The notes under the pieces are model-generated. The model worked only from the letters and a program-made list of their open reading frames with translations, searched no databases and was not told the DNA's origin. The position numbers and the translations under genes are program-made. Positions 36,393-47,087 of a DNA stretch of 64,000 nt are shown piece by piece. This DNA is from a virus. Numbering within the stretch: the first letter of the stretch is position 1; the number at the start of each line of letters is the position of its first letter. The DNA lies in IMG/VR virus record IMGVR_UViG_3300042013_000061, positions 1 to 64,000 of that record, one strand, 5' to 3'.

Positions 36393-39300
36393 TTAAATGT
36401 ATCCAGAGTTAATGAATAGCAGCCCGAGGTCGTCAATCATCGCGGGCACGTCGTCCAATTGTGGCATATCGTTTTTCTCACCTTTTCCACCACCGCCACC
36501 ACCCGGCGAACCACCTTGCGACGGCGCAGCACCACCACCGCCCGAATCCCCGGAATCAACCATTGCAACTTTTTGCACACCGTCGAAAGAATTACGTTCG
36601 GCAGGCGCAGCAACTGGGGTCGAAGTAACCGCAGACATTGCAGTTGTTGGCGTTGCAGCAGAGCTAGTTTGAATCGGAGTTTCGTTTGCGTAATAAGACG
36701 ACGATGCAGGCGATTCAACCGGAGCTTTAAACATTTCCGCTGTCGATTGAATAAAGCCCCCGGTCGGCGTTGCTTTTGTTCCCGGTGGCAAACTTGCAGG
36801 CGTTCCCATTACTTTTGGTTTGTCGATATTGCTGTACGTTGTTACGCCTTTTTCAGCAGGCCCGCCGCCACCAAAGAAACCGGTTGCAGCGTCAGCAACA
36901 CCATTCACGATATTTCCGAATGATGGCAAACCAGAAGCGAGACGTGGAATATTCGGAATCGGCAATGCACGCCCGAGTTCCCGCATGTACGGGTTTTTCC
37001 CAAATATTTTGTTTTGCAGTCCGCCAGTTACAGAGTCAACTTTACGCAAGGCTTTATCAACACCCGGCGCCATCGTACCGAAAGAACCCAAACCTTCGAT
37101 TTGTCCGATACGTGTAATTGCACCAGTAATTTTACGTGTTGTTTCACCCTGCACAGGTTTTGCTTGGCGACCGTAACCCGCACCACCATAGCCCGGCGAT
37201 TGTCCGGCTGCTTTGCGTTTATTCGAATCGAAATCCCACGGTGCAGCAATGCGAGGATCGACGCCGCTTTTTACCTGTTGTTCATACGCGGCTTGTTCGG
37301 CAGGTGTACGTGTTACAGGTTTATCACCCATCACGTCAACAGTTGCAGGAACCGCACTTTTTTCCGCACTGAAATCTTTATTCTCAGTTTTTGTAGCATC
37401 CGCAGCAGCTTTATCATTTTCCGCAACAGCAGCACCAATTGTTGCAGCGGCTGCTTTTTCATCGGCACTTTCTTTTGCACCTAAAGCATTACCCGCAGCT
37501 TGCGTTCCTTTGCTTTCGCTTTCAGGGCCAGTCGGGCCAGTACCACCACCGCCAGCCGCGCCGCCCGCAGGCATTGCACCTTTCGTATTTTCTTCGGCAG
37601 CTTTTACCGTAACTTCTGCTGCCTTATCCATTTCTTTCGCAGCGGCTGCTTGCATCAGTTGTGGACTTTGACCAGCCGAAGAAGTTTCAGGCCCGCCGCC
37701 ACCGCCACCACCGCCTTTCCCCGCACCAATTAATTCAACGTGCCAAGGCTCATTGGAAAGTGGACGGTGAAAACCATACTTTTTAAACATCCCGGTAGAT
37801 TCAAGTTTACCGGCAGATTGGCGGTCGATATCAATTGCGAAACCGGATTCATGACGCGACGTGCCGGGGCGTGCAACACGTTTTGTATCGCGACCGTATT
37901 TAACCCACAATTGTTCCTGTTCCATTCGGGTACGGAATGCAGACGCAACGTTAACAACCGTGCCGCCGTTATTCGTTACCCAATCACCGACCATCGTGTA
38001 CCATGCTTGTTTAAACTTTGGATTTAAACCAGCCAAATTCACATCGGATTTATTTGGAACAGTTGCTTTTTGTCCGGCTGCATAAAGCGCACCGTCAGCA
38101 GGGGAAAGCATACCCGCAGCAGTACCGCCGCCAGCTTCGTCACCGCCTGCACCACCAGTACCACCACCACCACCGCCCGGTTGTGGGGCCATAATTCCGA
38201 CAGTGCCATTTGATGCACCGCCACCGCCAGAACCGCCCGCAGTTTTGCCGCCATAAGCGCCAATCATTTTTTGCGAATATTGCGAACCAATTCCCGAACC
38301 ATCTTTTGCAGCGGAACCGGGGCCAGCTTTTTCTTCGTTAAGCATTGCAAGCGCAGCAGCTTTTTCCGTACCTGCACGGCGATAAATGCTGTCTTGTGTT
38401 TTCGAATCACTGTTGCGGAAACGCGTGCTAACAGTTGCAGCGCGAGTATCTTGCAGACGCGAAATAACGTCGGCGTCATCCATTCCGTTTACATCACGGT
38501 TTCCCAACGCATCGGAAATAACACGTTTACCAACGCCGGGGCCGTACTGTGTACCGATAGAATAAACAACTTCTTTCAACGCACGCGAACGCGTTTCCAA
38601 ATCTACGTCGTATTGTTCGGTAAACCATTTCGCAACAGGATCGTAGTTTTGCTTTTTGTTGTAGGCGCCTTGGGCTTTTTCCATGCCTTCGCCGTCGCGA
38701 TCCGTAACCTCTTTGTACTTGTCGTTGAATTCTTTCGAACCGGCTTTCAGGCCACGGAAATCGTTGTAGTATTTCTGACCTTCTTCCGAACGCAGAAAGT
38801 TAGTCATGCTTCCGTTGTTGGTAGCGAGTTGGTGTTTGCCGTAGCTCACCCCGCCGTTATCGCCTTTACCTGTTGAAACTGTACCAACGCCACGGCCACC
38901 AGATTCAAACGCAGCAGAAATAGAACCTAAATCTCCGCCGCGTGCTTTCTTGCCAATTTCCTGACCTTCAGTCCGCGTGCTTGCGGTCATACGGTCGAGA
39001 ACTTGGTCAGCAGGATCATCGCTACGGAATTTGTCGCTAATCCAATCTTTACCTGATTGATAACCGTGCGAAATTGTTCCGGCTTTTTTCCGGTCGTAAT
39101 CGAAGTTATCCGATGCAGCTTCGATTGCTTTACCGCCGTAATACGCAGCAGCCAACGCAAGCAATGGGCCTAATGCACGCGCACCCATACCGGCCACACG
39201 TCCACCCATACCGCCGCCGATTTCACCGCCAAGGCCACCAATCTTTTGCATCTTTGGCCCGAACTTTTTCGGCATCTTTCTTTCCATCTTTTCAAAACGC

Positions 39301-39896
39301 CCACGCGAATCACGCGGCATTTTGTTCGCACGATTTCTGCGCATTTCACGCAGTTCGTCGGTGATGGAATTCTGGCGAGCTTTCTTTTCATTTACGCGAG
39401 TGAATTCACCCTCGTAAGTATTGCCGTGTGGCCCCTGCACTTTCGGCACAGGTTTCGACGCTTCTTTTTTCAGATATTCAGCAAGACGTTTTACAACATC
39501 GCTGACTTCCGAAGTTGCACGAATTTGATCCTGCATCAAACCGGTTTGCTGCGCGAGCATACCCGATTGTTTTTGTGTAGCGATTGCCTGAGTTTTCAGG
39601 ACTTGCGTTTGCCCGTCGATTGCGTCCGCACTGCGCCCATCATGTTCGGTTTTAAGCGAAGTTTTATCAGGGGAATTGCGACCGTCTTTACCACCGACTT
39701 GAGAAACGTTGTTGCGATAATCCGGTTGTTGCTTTCTCTGTTTGCCCGCAGAAAAACGAACTTCGTCATCCTGTTTTACGTGAGCGTGTTGCATCAGCTT
39801 CGGCGGGGAAACATCACGAAAAGGCCGACGTTCTGGCTTTTCAGATTTCGGCTCATACTGACCAACAATAGCGTCTAATTTCTCATGCGCCGCCAT
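36393..39896 (-). CDS. Tail-associated (tape-measure-like) protein with VgrG3-like lysozyme and M15 zinc peptidase domains
   Basis: FESGGRG...GDNGGVSYG (~38340-38935); SAFRT..EQ..LW...ARPGTSRHESGFAIDI...EPWH (~37725-38035); Gly-rich linkers. Confidence 0.8.
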   Translation of the reverse strand: MAAHEKLDAIVGQYEPKSEKPERRPFRDVSPPKLMQHAHVKQDDEVRFSAGKQRKQQPDYRNNVSQVGGKDGRNSPDKTSLKTEHDGRSADAIDGQTQVLKTQAIATQKQSGMLAQQTGLMQDQIRATSEVSDVVKRLAEYLKKEASKPVPKVQGPHGNTYEGEFTRVNEKKARQNSITDELREMRRNRANKMPRDSRGRFEKMERKMPKKFGPKMQKIGGLGGEIGGGMGGRVAGMGARALGPLLALAAAYYGGKAIEAASDNFDYDRKKAGTISHGYQSGKDWISDKFRSDDPADQVLDRMTASTRTEGQEIGKKARGGDLGSISAAFESGGRGVGTVSTGKGDNGGVSYGKHQLATNNGSMTNFLRSEEGQKYYNDFRGLKAGSKEFNDKYKEVTDRDGEGMEKAQGAYNKKQNYDPVAKWFTEQYDVDLETRSRALKEVVYSIGTQYGPGVGKRVISDALGNRDVNGMDDADVISRLQDTRAATVSTRFRNSDSKTQDSIYRRAGTEKAAALAMLNEEKAGPGSAAKDGSGIGSQYSQKMIGAYGGKTAGGSGGGGASNGTVGIMAPQPGGGGGGTGGAGGDEAGGGTAAGMLSPADGALYAAGQKATVPNKSDVNLAGLNPKFKQAWYTMVGDWVTNNGGTVVNVASAFRTRMEQEQLWVKYGRDTKRVARPGTSRHESGFAIDIDRQSAGKLESTGMFKKYGFHRPLSNEPWHVELIGAGKGGGGGGGGPETSSAGQSPQLMQAAAAKEMDKAAEVTVKAAEENTKGAMPAGGAAGGGGTGPTGPESESKGTQAAGNALGAKESADEKAAAATIGAAVAENDKAAADATKTENKDFSAEKSAVPATVDVMGDKPVTRTPAEQAAYEQQVKSGVDPRIAAPWDFDSNKRKAAGQSPGYGGAGYGRQAKPVQGETTRKITGAITRIGQIEGLGSFGTMAPGVDKALRKVDSVTGGLQNKIFGKNPYMRELGRALPIPNIPRLASGLPSFGNIVNGVADAATGFFGGGGPAEKGVTTYSNIDKPKVMGTPASLPPGTKATPTGGFIQSTAEMFKAPVESPASSSYYANETPIQTSSAATPTTAMSAVTSTPVAAPAERNSFDGVQKVAMVDSGDSGGGGAAPSQGGSPGGGGGGKGEKNDMPQLDDVPAMIDDLGLLFINSGYI

Positions 39897-40849
39897 TACT
39901 TAAATCCTCTGCGTGTGCCCATCGTCCGGCCCGCTGCTGCTTTCGCTTTCTGTTCTGCTTCACGACGATCAGCCGCTAGGGTCGAGTGGTGATAGAGGAA
40001 CATTCGCACAGGCAATTTCATATCCGGGCTTGCACCGAATTGCGACATTAGGTTGTAGCACATGTTGTAAATATCTTTGTCGGTATTGTCCGCGAAGAAC
40101 GACAACAGACTTGGATTAGATTCGTGTTCTTTTACGTGGTTGCATTGACCGCAGCGCAGCTTCACAACCTCTGTGACGCCGTGGAAATACTTCTTCATTG
40201 TGCGTTCAATTTCTTCGAACAATTTCATGTCCGGTTGCGCCATCAAATACGCAAGTTTTGCTTTGTACGTGTTGCCCTTCTTTACCCAACGCGCAACGCT
40301 GCCCACATATTTCATGCGCGGGTCTTCGTCAACGTGTTCGTAATAGTCGGTCATTGTTGCCACACGAGCGAAATCAATTTCTGGATGTTTGATAACGAGG
40401 TCATCGTCTTCCAGCGTATGGATTTTTACCTGTGTGTTTTTAATCAGTTCCGATTGCGTGTGCCCGCAAGGCTGTAACCAGAAGCCGCGTTTTTCCGCAG
40501 TCTTTGCAGTCACGTCAAAACCGATTTTATTGTTCTCGTTCACATACACCATGTGGTTGCAGGTATAGCGCGCTTGAACCGGGAATTCAGGAAACGAACT
40601 ACGGCGCAGCCAAGCCATGACATAACAGAAATCGCCATCGGTTAGCTGATTGATATCGACGCTACACGCCAATTGCACCGCACGAATAATGTGCTGGTGC
40701 GGACGCGTTTTCGCAGTCATGCCGTGGTGCAGCAACGGCAATTCTTCGAGAATAAACTGACGCATAAAAATGCGATCAAAGTCATATGTGACGCCACCCG
40801 TAGGCAGTTCGCCAATATCCATATAACGAGCGTCAAGTTCGTAATTCAT
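39896..40849 (-). CDS. Baseplate hub assembly/tail assembly chaperone (T4 gp26-like), paralog 1
   Basis: LPTGGVTY, LTDGDFCY..AWLR, CGQC. Confidence 0.6.
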   Translation of the reverse strand: MNYELDARYMDIGELPTGGVTYDFDRIFMRQFILEELPLLHHGMTAKTRPHQHIIRAVQLACSVDINQLTDGDFCYVMAWLRRSSFPEFPVQARYTCNHMVYVNENNKIGFDVTAKTAEKRGFWLQPCGHTQSELIKNTQVKIHTLEDDDLVIKHPEIDFARVATMTDYYEHVDEDPRMKYVGSVARWVKKGNTYKAKLAYLMAQPDMKLFEEIERTMKKYFHGVTEVVKLRCGQCNHVKEHESNPSLLSFFADNTDKDIYNMCYNLMSQFGASPDMKLPVRMFLYHHSTLAADRREAEQKAKAAAGRTMGTRRGFK

Positions 40850-40859
40850 TTCCAGCCCC

Positions 40860-41639
40860 TTAGATAAAGAAAGAGTGCGCGTCAATTGTCACGTCGAAAG
40901 GATGCGACAGACCACAGCGGACACAGGTTTTATTTACCCGTTGAATAATGCCGTGGTCATACGTGAAGTGAGCGCGTGAAGCTTTGTCGAACAATTCCAT
41001 ATCGGTGCTTTCCAATGCGCCGTTCAATTTCTCGTGCAGTGTACGACCGGCACGGATATAGCGGACTGGCCCGATGATTTTCTTGTTGCGTTTTTCTTGA
41101 CCGAGTTCCAGATATTCCACGAGGTGTGCAACGCGTGGATAATCCAGCAGCGGATCAATTGGCGTTTCATCCATTTGTTTCGTGACGAAATCTTCGAACA
41201 CAACATCCTGTTTGTTGTATTGATCGCAATCCAATTCGACCATTTCGATTTTACGCGGGTCTTCCATGTGCTCTTCAGCTTCGGTGCCTTGCGCGGCATC
41301 CCACTGCGCCCACATATTGTCGATATCTTCCATCGTGAGAATTTGTTTTGTATCTTTGCGTTCGAAAACAATCCCGCCGCAATCCCACTCAGCAAAGATC
41401 GGCAGGTCACGCGAGTTGAAGCGCAGCCATGTCAGGATGTAATAAAAATCACCATCCGTTAATTGCTTTACATCGAAGTCCATAACTTGCCCGACCGCTT
41501 CGATCAGTGGCGCGCTGTTCTCCATGAAAATTGCTTCGGAGATATACGGCAAGTGTTTAGGCCGGAACGGATTAACTTCAATGGATTTAACAGCGTAAGG
41601 AATCCCGCGAGACGGCAAGTTAGAACTATCGAATTTCAT
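40860..41639 (-). CDS. Baseplate hub assembly/tail assembly chaperone (T4 gp26-like), paralog 2
   Basis: LPSRGIPY, LTDGDFYY..TWLR, CVRC. Confidence 0.6.
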   Translation of the reverse strand: MKFDSSNLPSRGIPYAVKSIEVNPFRPKHLPYISEAIFMENSAPLIEAVGQVMDFDVKQLTDGDFYYILTWLRFNSRDLPIFAEWDCGGIVFERKDTKQILTMEDIDNMWAQWDAAQGTEAEEHMEDPRKIEMVELDCDQYNKQDVVFEDFVTKQMDETPIDPLLDYPRVAHLVEYLELGQEKRNKKIIGPVRYIRAGRTLHEKLNGALESTDMELFDKASRAHFTYDHGIIQRVNKTCVRCGLSHPFDVTIDAHSFFI

Positions 41640-42139
41640 GAAAATCTCACCCTATCTAAAGCAAAGTTTTGTTGAACCTTCAGCGCTTGCCCGCCTGCGT
41701 TTGTCAGGTCGATTGGGCTTGTCGTTGTCGGCCATGTACCTTCCAGCGTTACAGTCATGATCGGCGTGTCTGTCGTGGTTCCGTCAGTTAACGCAAATCG
41801 CATATTTCTTTTGTATTTTCCCGGCAGTGAATACGTGCCTGTTTCTGGATCAATGATTTTATCTTGCCACTCTTTGACCCAGTGGTGGCTACGCATGCGC
41901 ACGTCTTCATAAAACGTAATGTCGAACGCGCTCAGTTCTTTGAAGCCCGGATATTGTTCAAATCGTCCGGCCATGAAAAGCGGTTTCATATTGATTGAGG
42001 GAAAAGGCAAACTCACCGTTTCCACATAATCAGGATCGCCATCGAAAGGCAATTCGATGCAGTACCAATAAAAGTCGAGCATTGGCGATCTATCGCCAGA
42101 ACGGCGTGCCGTGAATTCCTCAAGCGTGAGTATCGGCAT
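41636..42139 (-). CDS. Tail tube-like protein 2
   Basis: ITFYED...W...G.WPT pattern; paralog of 42206..42712. Confidence 0.7.
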   Translation of the reverse strand: MPILTLEEFTARRSGDRSPMLDFYWYCIELPFDGDPDYVETVSLPFPSINMKPLFMAGRFEQYPGFKELSAFDITFYEDVRMRSHHWVKEWQDKIIDPETGTYSLPGKYKRNMRFALTDGTTTDTPIMTVTLEGTWPTTTSPIDLTNAGGQALKVQQNFALDRVRFS

Positions 42140-42160
42140 ATTATTTATCTCGTACAAGCG

Positions 42161-42195
42161 AAAAAAGCCCGATGCAAAAAATCGCACCGAGCTTC
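42161..42195 (-). terminator. Rho-independent terminator
   Basis: GCTCGGTGC...GCATCGGGC-TTTTTT. Confidence 0.75.
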
Positions 42196-42205
42196 TTCGT
42201 TTTAT

Positions 42206-42712
42206 TTACCGACGTTCAACGTAGCCGTAGGCGAATTGCGCGTCTTGACGCAGAGCCTGACCACCCGAACCTTCGAATTGGTATTCGGAGATTTCGGTAG
42301 GGAACATTCGGTGAATATTCCACGATGCAGCTTCGGCGCCGGTTTGATCGTAAATGGTAAGAATTGCAGTACGCATGTACGAATCGGAGAAACCACCGGT
42401 TTGCGTTTGGGTTGCACGACCGACAGCCGCCCAGTCTTTGAGGGACTGGTAAGTACGGGCGTCGTAAATCTCGTGAAGTGCAACGGTCATTGTGTGGCTG
42501 AAAGTTTTACGGGCCGCGTAAATCAGTTTGTGGCCGAAAAGTTCAACTTCAACGGTTTGCAGAGTGGCGCCGGGGAGCGAAGCACCCAAGCATTGAATCC
42601 GCATTTGACGACCATCACCGCCGCCCGGAATATCCGTGAAAACAATGTCGAAGTTATCGTTCAACATCGGATCTGGCAAGCTGTAAGTTTCGTCCAACGT
42701 TACTTTAGGCAT
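42206..42712 (-). CDS. Tail tube protein (T4 gp19-like)
   Basis: Follows sheath; LPG...YAAR...W...IYDQ.G.....W....FPT. Confidence 0.85.
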   Translation of the reverse strand: MPKVTLDETYSLPDPMLNDNFDIVFTDIPGGGDGRQMRIQCLGASLPGATLQTVEVELFGHKLIYAARKTFSHTMTVALHEIYDARTYQSLKDWAAVGRATQTQTGGFSDSYMRTAILTIYDQTGAEAASWNIHRMFPTEISEYQFEGSGGQALRQDAQFAYGYVERR

Positions 42713-42730
42713 AAATCACCTCTGTTGGAA

Positions 42731-44320
42731 TTAAATTGTCGCTACGGCGGTAGACAGTTGCCCGGTTGCCGCGACGGTTGTGGTGAACAAAATGCGTTTC
42801 GAATAACGTTCCGGCTGAATCATGTAGACCAGCGCTACGTCACCGTTTGCAACTTGTGCAGCCGGGTTTGTGTCCTTGTCGCATTTGACTTCATACGCAT
42901 ACAAACCGCGTGCGTTCAAAATCGGTTTCAGAATTGCGTCTACAACGCCTTCCAATTGTTGCCACAGGTATTCGTCGTTTGGATCGAACAGGCCGACCAG
43001 CACGTCGTATTTCGCAGTGGTTTCAATCGTGTTAATCAGGCGGCGAACTGGAACATCCGACAGAGCCGATTTCTCAGCTTGCAGAGTTTGTGCGCCCCAA
43101 ACGCAGTAACCGTAACCTGCGAATTTCTGAATCATGTTGATCTGGTTTTGATCCAGAATGTTGCGATCATTCAGGGAGTATTTTTGACGCACTCCGCGAA
43201 TTTCTTTAATCACACCACGAACCACACCAGCAGGCGCCCACCACTCGGCCTTCATTGCGTCGGACTGTGCAAATACAGCAGCAACAGCACCGGAACAAGG
43301 CACGTAAATCTCTTGGTTTTCGTCTGTCAATTCCAGAATGTCAGAGCAGTACATCGCACCGAAACTGGTATTCGCATTGAGGACGTTACGACGGTAATCA
43401 ACAGCGCGTGCAACTGTTTGCATATCCGAAGGAATGTCGAGAATTGCAAAACAATCCCGGCGCTCTTCAGCGAGTTGCAGCATGCGTTGTTGCACACCAG
43501 TATCGGTATAACCGGCGTTAATCAAAACGCGAATTTCGTAATCGTCTTCGTTGTCGAACAAATCCCAGCCTTCGATGATATCGCCAGCATTCGACTTGCG
43601 ACCGTTATCACCAAAAGAAAGATCGACCTGCGCCACTGCGTTAATGAGGCGCGCTTTACCTTCCGAATTAATCCACGCTGGATTGGTTTCGTTGACCTTC
43701 GCACGAATGCGAGAATCAGCGGCCTTCAGTTGGTATTCAATGTTCAGTTGTTTATTCTGACCACTGACTTTATCGCGCAATGTGCCGCGATAGGTTTCGA
43801 CCGGGTTGCTGAAATTCGTTTCGAAAACTTGCAAAACAAACAGTTCGTTTTCAACGTCGTTAACGTCTGGATAAACCAGAACGCGAAGGTTGTTGTTCCA
43901 CGAGCCGGGGTTTGCGCCGTACAGGAAAAGGATTTCGTCGGGCAATTGATTGTGATCGGTTTCTGGTGCCAGATAACCGTTGGTTGCCGATTTCGCAGTG
44001 CAGAAACCATCAACTGTACGGAAAGACGCGGAACCATAATTCGCTTCAGTATCAACGCGAACAAACCACAAACGTTGTGCGGTATTCAGGAAACGTTCTG
44101 CGCAGAAATGCGCGTAGGTGAGAGACGCATCACGACGACCGAAAATCGACCGCCATTGTGCAACACCATTCGAGATTTCAGTTGGTACGCCAACCGGGCC
44201 ACGAACTGCATCACCTACCATTGCGCCCGTGCTGGGGTACGTGGACGATGCGGAAAAGGAATTATCCTGTTCACCACCATACACGCCCGCAGACGTATTG
44301 CTGCCATTTTGAAGGGGCAT
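42731..44320 (-). CDS. Tail sheath protein 1
   Basis: GPVG.P, NPGSWNN.L, W.APAG..RG, WGAQTL, VRRL, FDPND. Confidence 0.95.
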   Translation of the reverse strand: MPLQNGSNTSAGVYGGEQDNSFSASSTYPSTGAMVGDAVRGPVGVPTEISNGVAQWRSIFGRRDASLTYAHFCAERFLNTAQRLWFVRVDTEANYGSASFRTVDGFCTAKSATNGYLAPETDHNQLPDEILFLYGANPGSWNNNLRVLVYPDVNDVENELFVLQVFETNFSNPVETYRGTLRDKVSGQNKQLNIEYQLKAADSRIRAKVNETNPAWINSEGKARLINAVAQVDLSFGDNGRKSNAGDIIEGWDLFDNEDDYEIRVLINAGYTDTGVQQRMLQLAEERRDCFAILDIPSDMQTVARAVDYRRNVLNANTSFGAMYCSDILELTDENQEIYVPCSGAVAAVFAQSDAMKAEWWAPAGVVRGVIKEIRGVRQKYSLNDRNILDQNQINMIQKFAGYGYCVWGAQTLQAEKSALSDVPVRRLINTIETTAKYDVLVGLFDPNDEYLWQQLEGVVDAILKPILNARGLYAYEVKCDKDTNPAAQVANGDVALVYMIQPERYSKRILFTTTVAATGQLSTAVATI

Positions 44321-44362
44321 GGTATTTTTCTCCAGTTATCTCCCACTCAATGGGATTACTTA

Positions 44363-44369
44363 TAAATTA
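44363..44369 (-). promoter_or_regulatory. Putative late promoter TAATTTA
   Basis: Upstream of sheath gene. Confidence 0.6.
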
Positions 44370-45719
44370 CGCTTTTATTAACGTGCAGCGAACTGGCTTG
44401 TCTGCATAAAGCTTGATTGTTCCGGCAAAAGAACCATTCAAGAAAAAAGAACCATTAATCTTGAATGTTACCGGCGCGCTTTGTACGCCCGAATCGTCAG
44501 CAATTGCAGCTTCGCATTCTTCAGTCGGAGCCATAATCGTGTCGATGTTTTTGGTTACGATTAAACCGTTGCTTTCGTAACTCAATGTAAGCGGTTGGCC
44601 GGGCAGCGCAAGATTAACCAGCGCCGGAAGTGTAAGAGAAAAAAGCCCGGAATATTGATACGCCAATTCCATCGGAACGGAAGTGGAAATACCAGTTACG
44701 GCATTGGTGAATTTCATTGCTGCTGTTGCAGGCAGATTGTAATCCTGAATATTCACGGTGAACGGTTTAGCAACATCGGCAATTGCAACGGTGTCCATTA
44801 CAGGCACTACCGGAGCGGCGGCGATGGTTAGCGTTTTGGAAATATTCAGAACTTGTCCGTAAATATCTTTGCCCAAAACAACCACGGTTAATTCGTCGCC
44901 TTCTTGAACAGCAAACGAACTTTCAGTGTCTTCATACGCGAGTGCAATCGGTGTAAATGTCCCGATTACTTTTTCCAGCGATGTACCGGTGCGATTGTTG
45001 GTGACGGACAGCATCGTTCCGGCTGGATTCTTCACGCGCAGATTCAGGAAAGAATCAAACGGTGCAGACGTAGGCATTTCAATTGTGGTTTCTGCAAAAT
45101 CCAACGTCACCACAACATCCAAACTCACTTCACGCGACAGACCGTTGGCCGCGTATGCCTCTTCGTAACTGACGCGCAAAGTATCGTCTTTCTGGCAGTA
45201 GAGAACACCGTCGAAATCAACGCCTTTTGCATCATTGTTTTGCGTCTGGAAAAAACCAGTGTAAACGCCCTGACTTTCACGGTTGAGATTTGCCGTCTCA
45301 GTTTCGCCCGTGCGCAAGTTCATAACGTCTACGGAAATTGGTGCAGCGGTGTAAACGTCTTTATCCGTAACCCGCACAGAAATAAAGCGTCCCGCTTGTG
45401 TAGCGCCTACAGTTTCCAATGTCGCATCGAAATAGATTTGTTCGCTGCGCACTTCCGGTTCAGGGATGGAACCAAAGCTGGTAAATTCAGCAATGATTTC
45501 ATACGGACACTGAATCGAAACGAGATTGCTAACGTCTTTCATTGTGTAGGGATTATCTGGCCCCACGGTGATATCGGTTTGCGTCATTGACGCCTCAGTC
45601 ACTTTCGTAGCAACCGAGAAATTGCCTTGCCCTACGCGACGGACTTTATCCACAACAAAGTGTTTGATTTCCGTCACGACGGTTTTTGCGAGCGGTTTGT
45701 AAATATCGCGTACTTTCAT
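44367..45719 (-). CDS. Virion protein with ~3 Ig-like/beta-sandwich repeats
   Basis: Repeats V.N.RTG/TN..TG...G.(Y/F). Confidence 0.65.
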   Translation of the reverse strand: MKVRDIYKPLAKTVVTEIKHFVVDKVRRVGQGNFSVATKVTEASMTQTDITVGPDNPYTMKDVSNLVSIQCPYEIIAEFTSFGSIPEPEVRSEQIYFDATLETVGATQAGRFISVRVTDKDVYTAAPISVDVMNLRTGETETANLNRESQGVYTGFFQTQNNDAKGVDFDGVLYCQKDDTLRVSYEEAYAANGLSREVSLDVVVTLDFAETTIEMPTSAPFDSFLNLRVKNPAGTMLSVTNNRTGTSLEKVIGTFTPIALAYEDTESSFAVQEGDELTVVVLGKDIYGQVLNISKTLTIAAAPVVPVMDTVAIADVAKPFTVNIQDYNLPATAAMKFTNAVTGISTSVPMELAYQYSGLFSLTLPALVNLALPGQPLTLSYESNGLIVTKNIDTIMAPTEECEAAIADDSGVQSAPVTFKINGSFFLNGSFAGTIKLYADKPVRCTLIKA

Positions 45720-46438
45720 GAGTGATCCGCCGTCTGGATTTCGGTGTATTCTTCGTCAGTAATAGCACCGTCTGGAGTAACGATGATGGCACCCATTTCG
45801 AAAATGCCCAAGTTATTAACCTTGGCGACTTCCTTACTAACGCCCGTCCACGTGTTCGACGTAAACGCAATTTGAATATCGAAACCTTCAGGATCGTTTT
45901 CAGCATCTTTATCAGCACGCGGAATCGTGATTTCTTTTGTGTCGGCTTTGATATCCACAAACGACGAAACAGCATCACTCGTTACCCGGATGTTCATCGA
46001 CTTCGCGTCAGTGAGGATCAGGGCTTGTGAAATAAAACGAATTACGTCTGTGTAATCGTTCGTCACGTAATGGAATTCGTAACGCAACGTAATGGGAAAC
46101 ATGTAGTGCTTTGTAATCGTGCTGTTTTTATCGGATAACGACATACCCGCACTGTGCCGACGAATCGTAGGCGACAGCAAATGATTCTCTGCGTTCCCGA
46201 TGGAAGTAAAACTGATATACGCATAGGGATACGTTGGCTCAAACTGACCGCGCAGCATTTGCTTCACATCGTTGTTGTGAACAAACGGCAACTCTTTCAC
46301 TTTGAAGAAATTCTTAAACGCTTTTCGAATGCCGTGAAAGCTTGCATACAAGTGCGTTTGTTTGAATGCTTGATTGCCTAACAAATCTTTTCTGCGCATT
46401 TCCTCCCGCATGTCTTGCTTAGCTTTCGTTTCTGACAT
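45716..46438 (-). CDS. Tail completion/terminator-like protein (putative)
   Basis: Position between capsid and sheath; YPYAYI...FPITL.YE. Confidence 0.55.
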   Translation of the reverse strand: MSETKAKQDMREEMRRKDLLGNQAFKQTHLYASFHGIRKAFKNFFKVKELPFVHNNDVKQMLRGQFEPTYPYAYISFTSIGNAENHLLSPTIRRHSAGMSLSDKNSTITKHYMFPITLRYEFHYVTNDYTDVIRFISQALILTDAKSMNIRVTSDAVSSFVDIKADTKEITIPRADKDAENDPEGFDIQIAFTSNTWTGVSKEVAKVNNLGIFEMGAIIVTPDGAITDEEYTEIQTADHS

Positions 46439-46453
46439 TTTCCACGCTCCACA

Positions 46454-46494
46454 AACGAAAAAAGGCCGATGCGATTTCTCACAGCGGCCTTTTC
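46454..46494 (-). terminator. Rho-independent terminator
   Basis: AAAAGGCCG...CGGCCTTTTTTCGTTT. Confidence 0.8.
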
Positions 46495-46495
46495 G

Positions 46496-47020
46496 TTAAA
46501 GCTTGATCGTTACACGGCCCGGCTGTAGCGGTACGCTTACTTCAGGGATTTTACGCACCAACGATTCATCGTCGTAGGGTTCAAGATCAACCGAAGCAAT
46601 TGCCAATAGATTAGGATCGACAATAATGGATTCGCCGTCTTCCAGAAAACGCTTGTGCGAATGAATCGCGCTGGCAATCGAAATGATTTTTCCGAGTGCA
46701 ACATTGTCATTCCCGTGAAGAGAAGGACTCCAAGTATTTTCCGATGGAGACGTGCCGCCTTGATTAGTGCTCGGCATCATTACGTTAACGTCGTCAACGT
46801 AAGAATTAAATCCATCCATACCGTCACCGTCCGCACCGCTTGCCTCATTGCAGCCTACTTGCGCAGGCCCACAACTTTGTAAAGCAGGTTGCAACGAACT
46901 GTTCAAAACGTTGGAAAATTCATCACAGTTGCAAGCCTGTTCAAGCACTTGCAAGGCCAATTCTTTTCTTCCGTTTTTGCAGCACAATGCCGCGAGGGTA
47001 AACAGTGCCTGAATATCCAT
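46496..47020 (-). CDS. Putative head-associated protein
   Basis: AGGAG RBS; follows capsid gene; SIAS/AIAS motifs. Confidence 0.7.
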   Translation of the reverse strand: MDIQALFTLAALCCKNGRKELALQVLEQACNCDEFSNVLNSSLQPALQSCGPAQVGCNEASGADGDGMDGFNSYVDDVNVMMPSTNQGGTSPSENTWSPSLHGNDNVALGKIISIASAIHSHKRFLEDGESIIVDPNLLAIASVDLEPYDDESLVRKIPEVSVPLQPGRVTIKL

Positions 47021-47087
47021 AACTTTCTCCTTTGTTTCTAATCGCGGTAAAAAGGGGCGCTCCTAATTACCGCGACCGGAGATTGTC

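Noticed and set aside
42236-44365. 709-aa plus-strand ORF
   Set aside because: Antisense shadow of sheath/tube genes caused by codon bias; no RBS or recognisable motifs.
47041-47076. Hairpin TCGCGGTAA...TTACCGCGA after the capsid gene
   Set aside because: Lacks a U-tract; may be a stabiliser or processing site but cannot be called a terminator.
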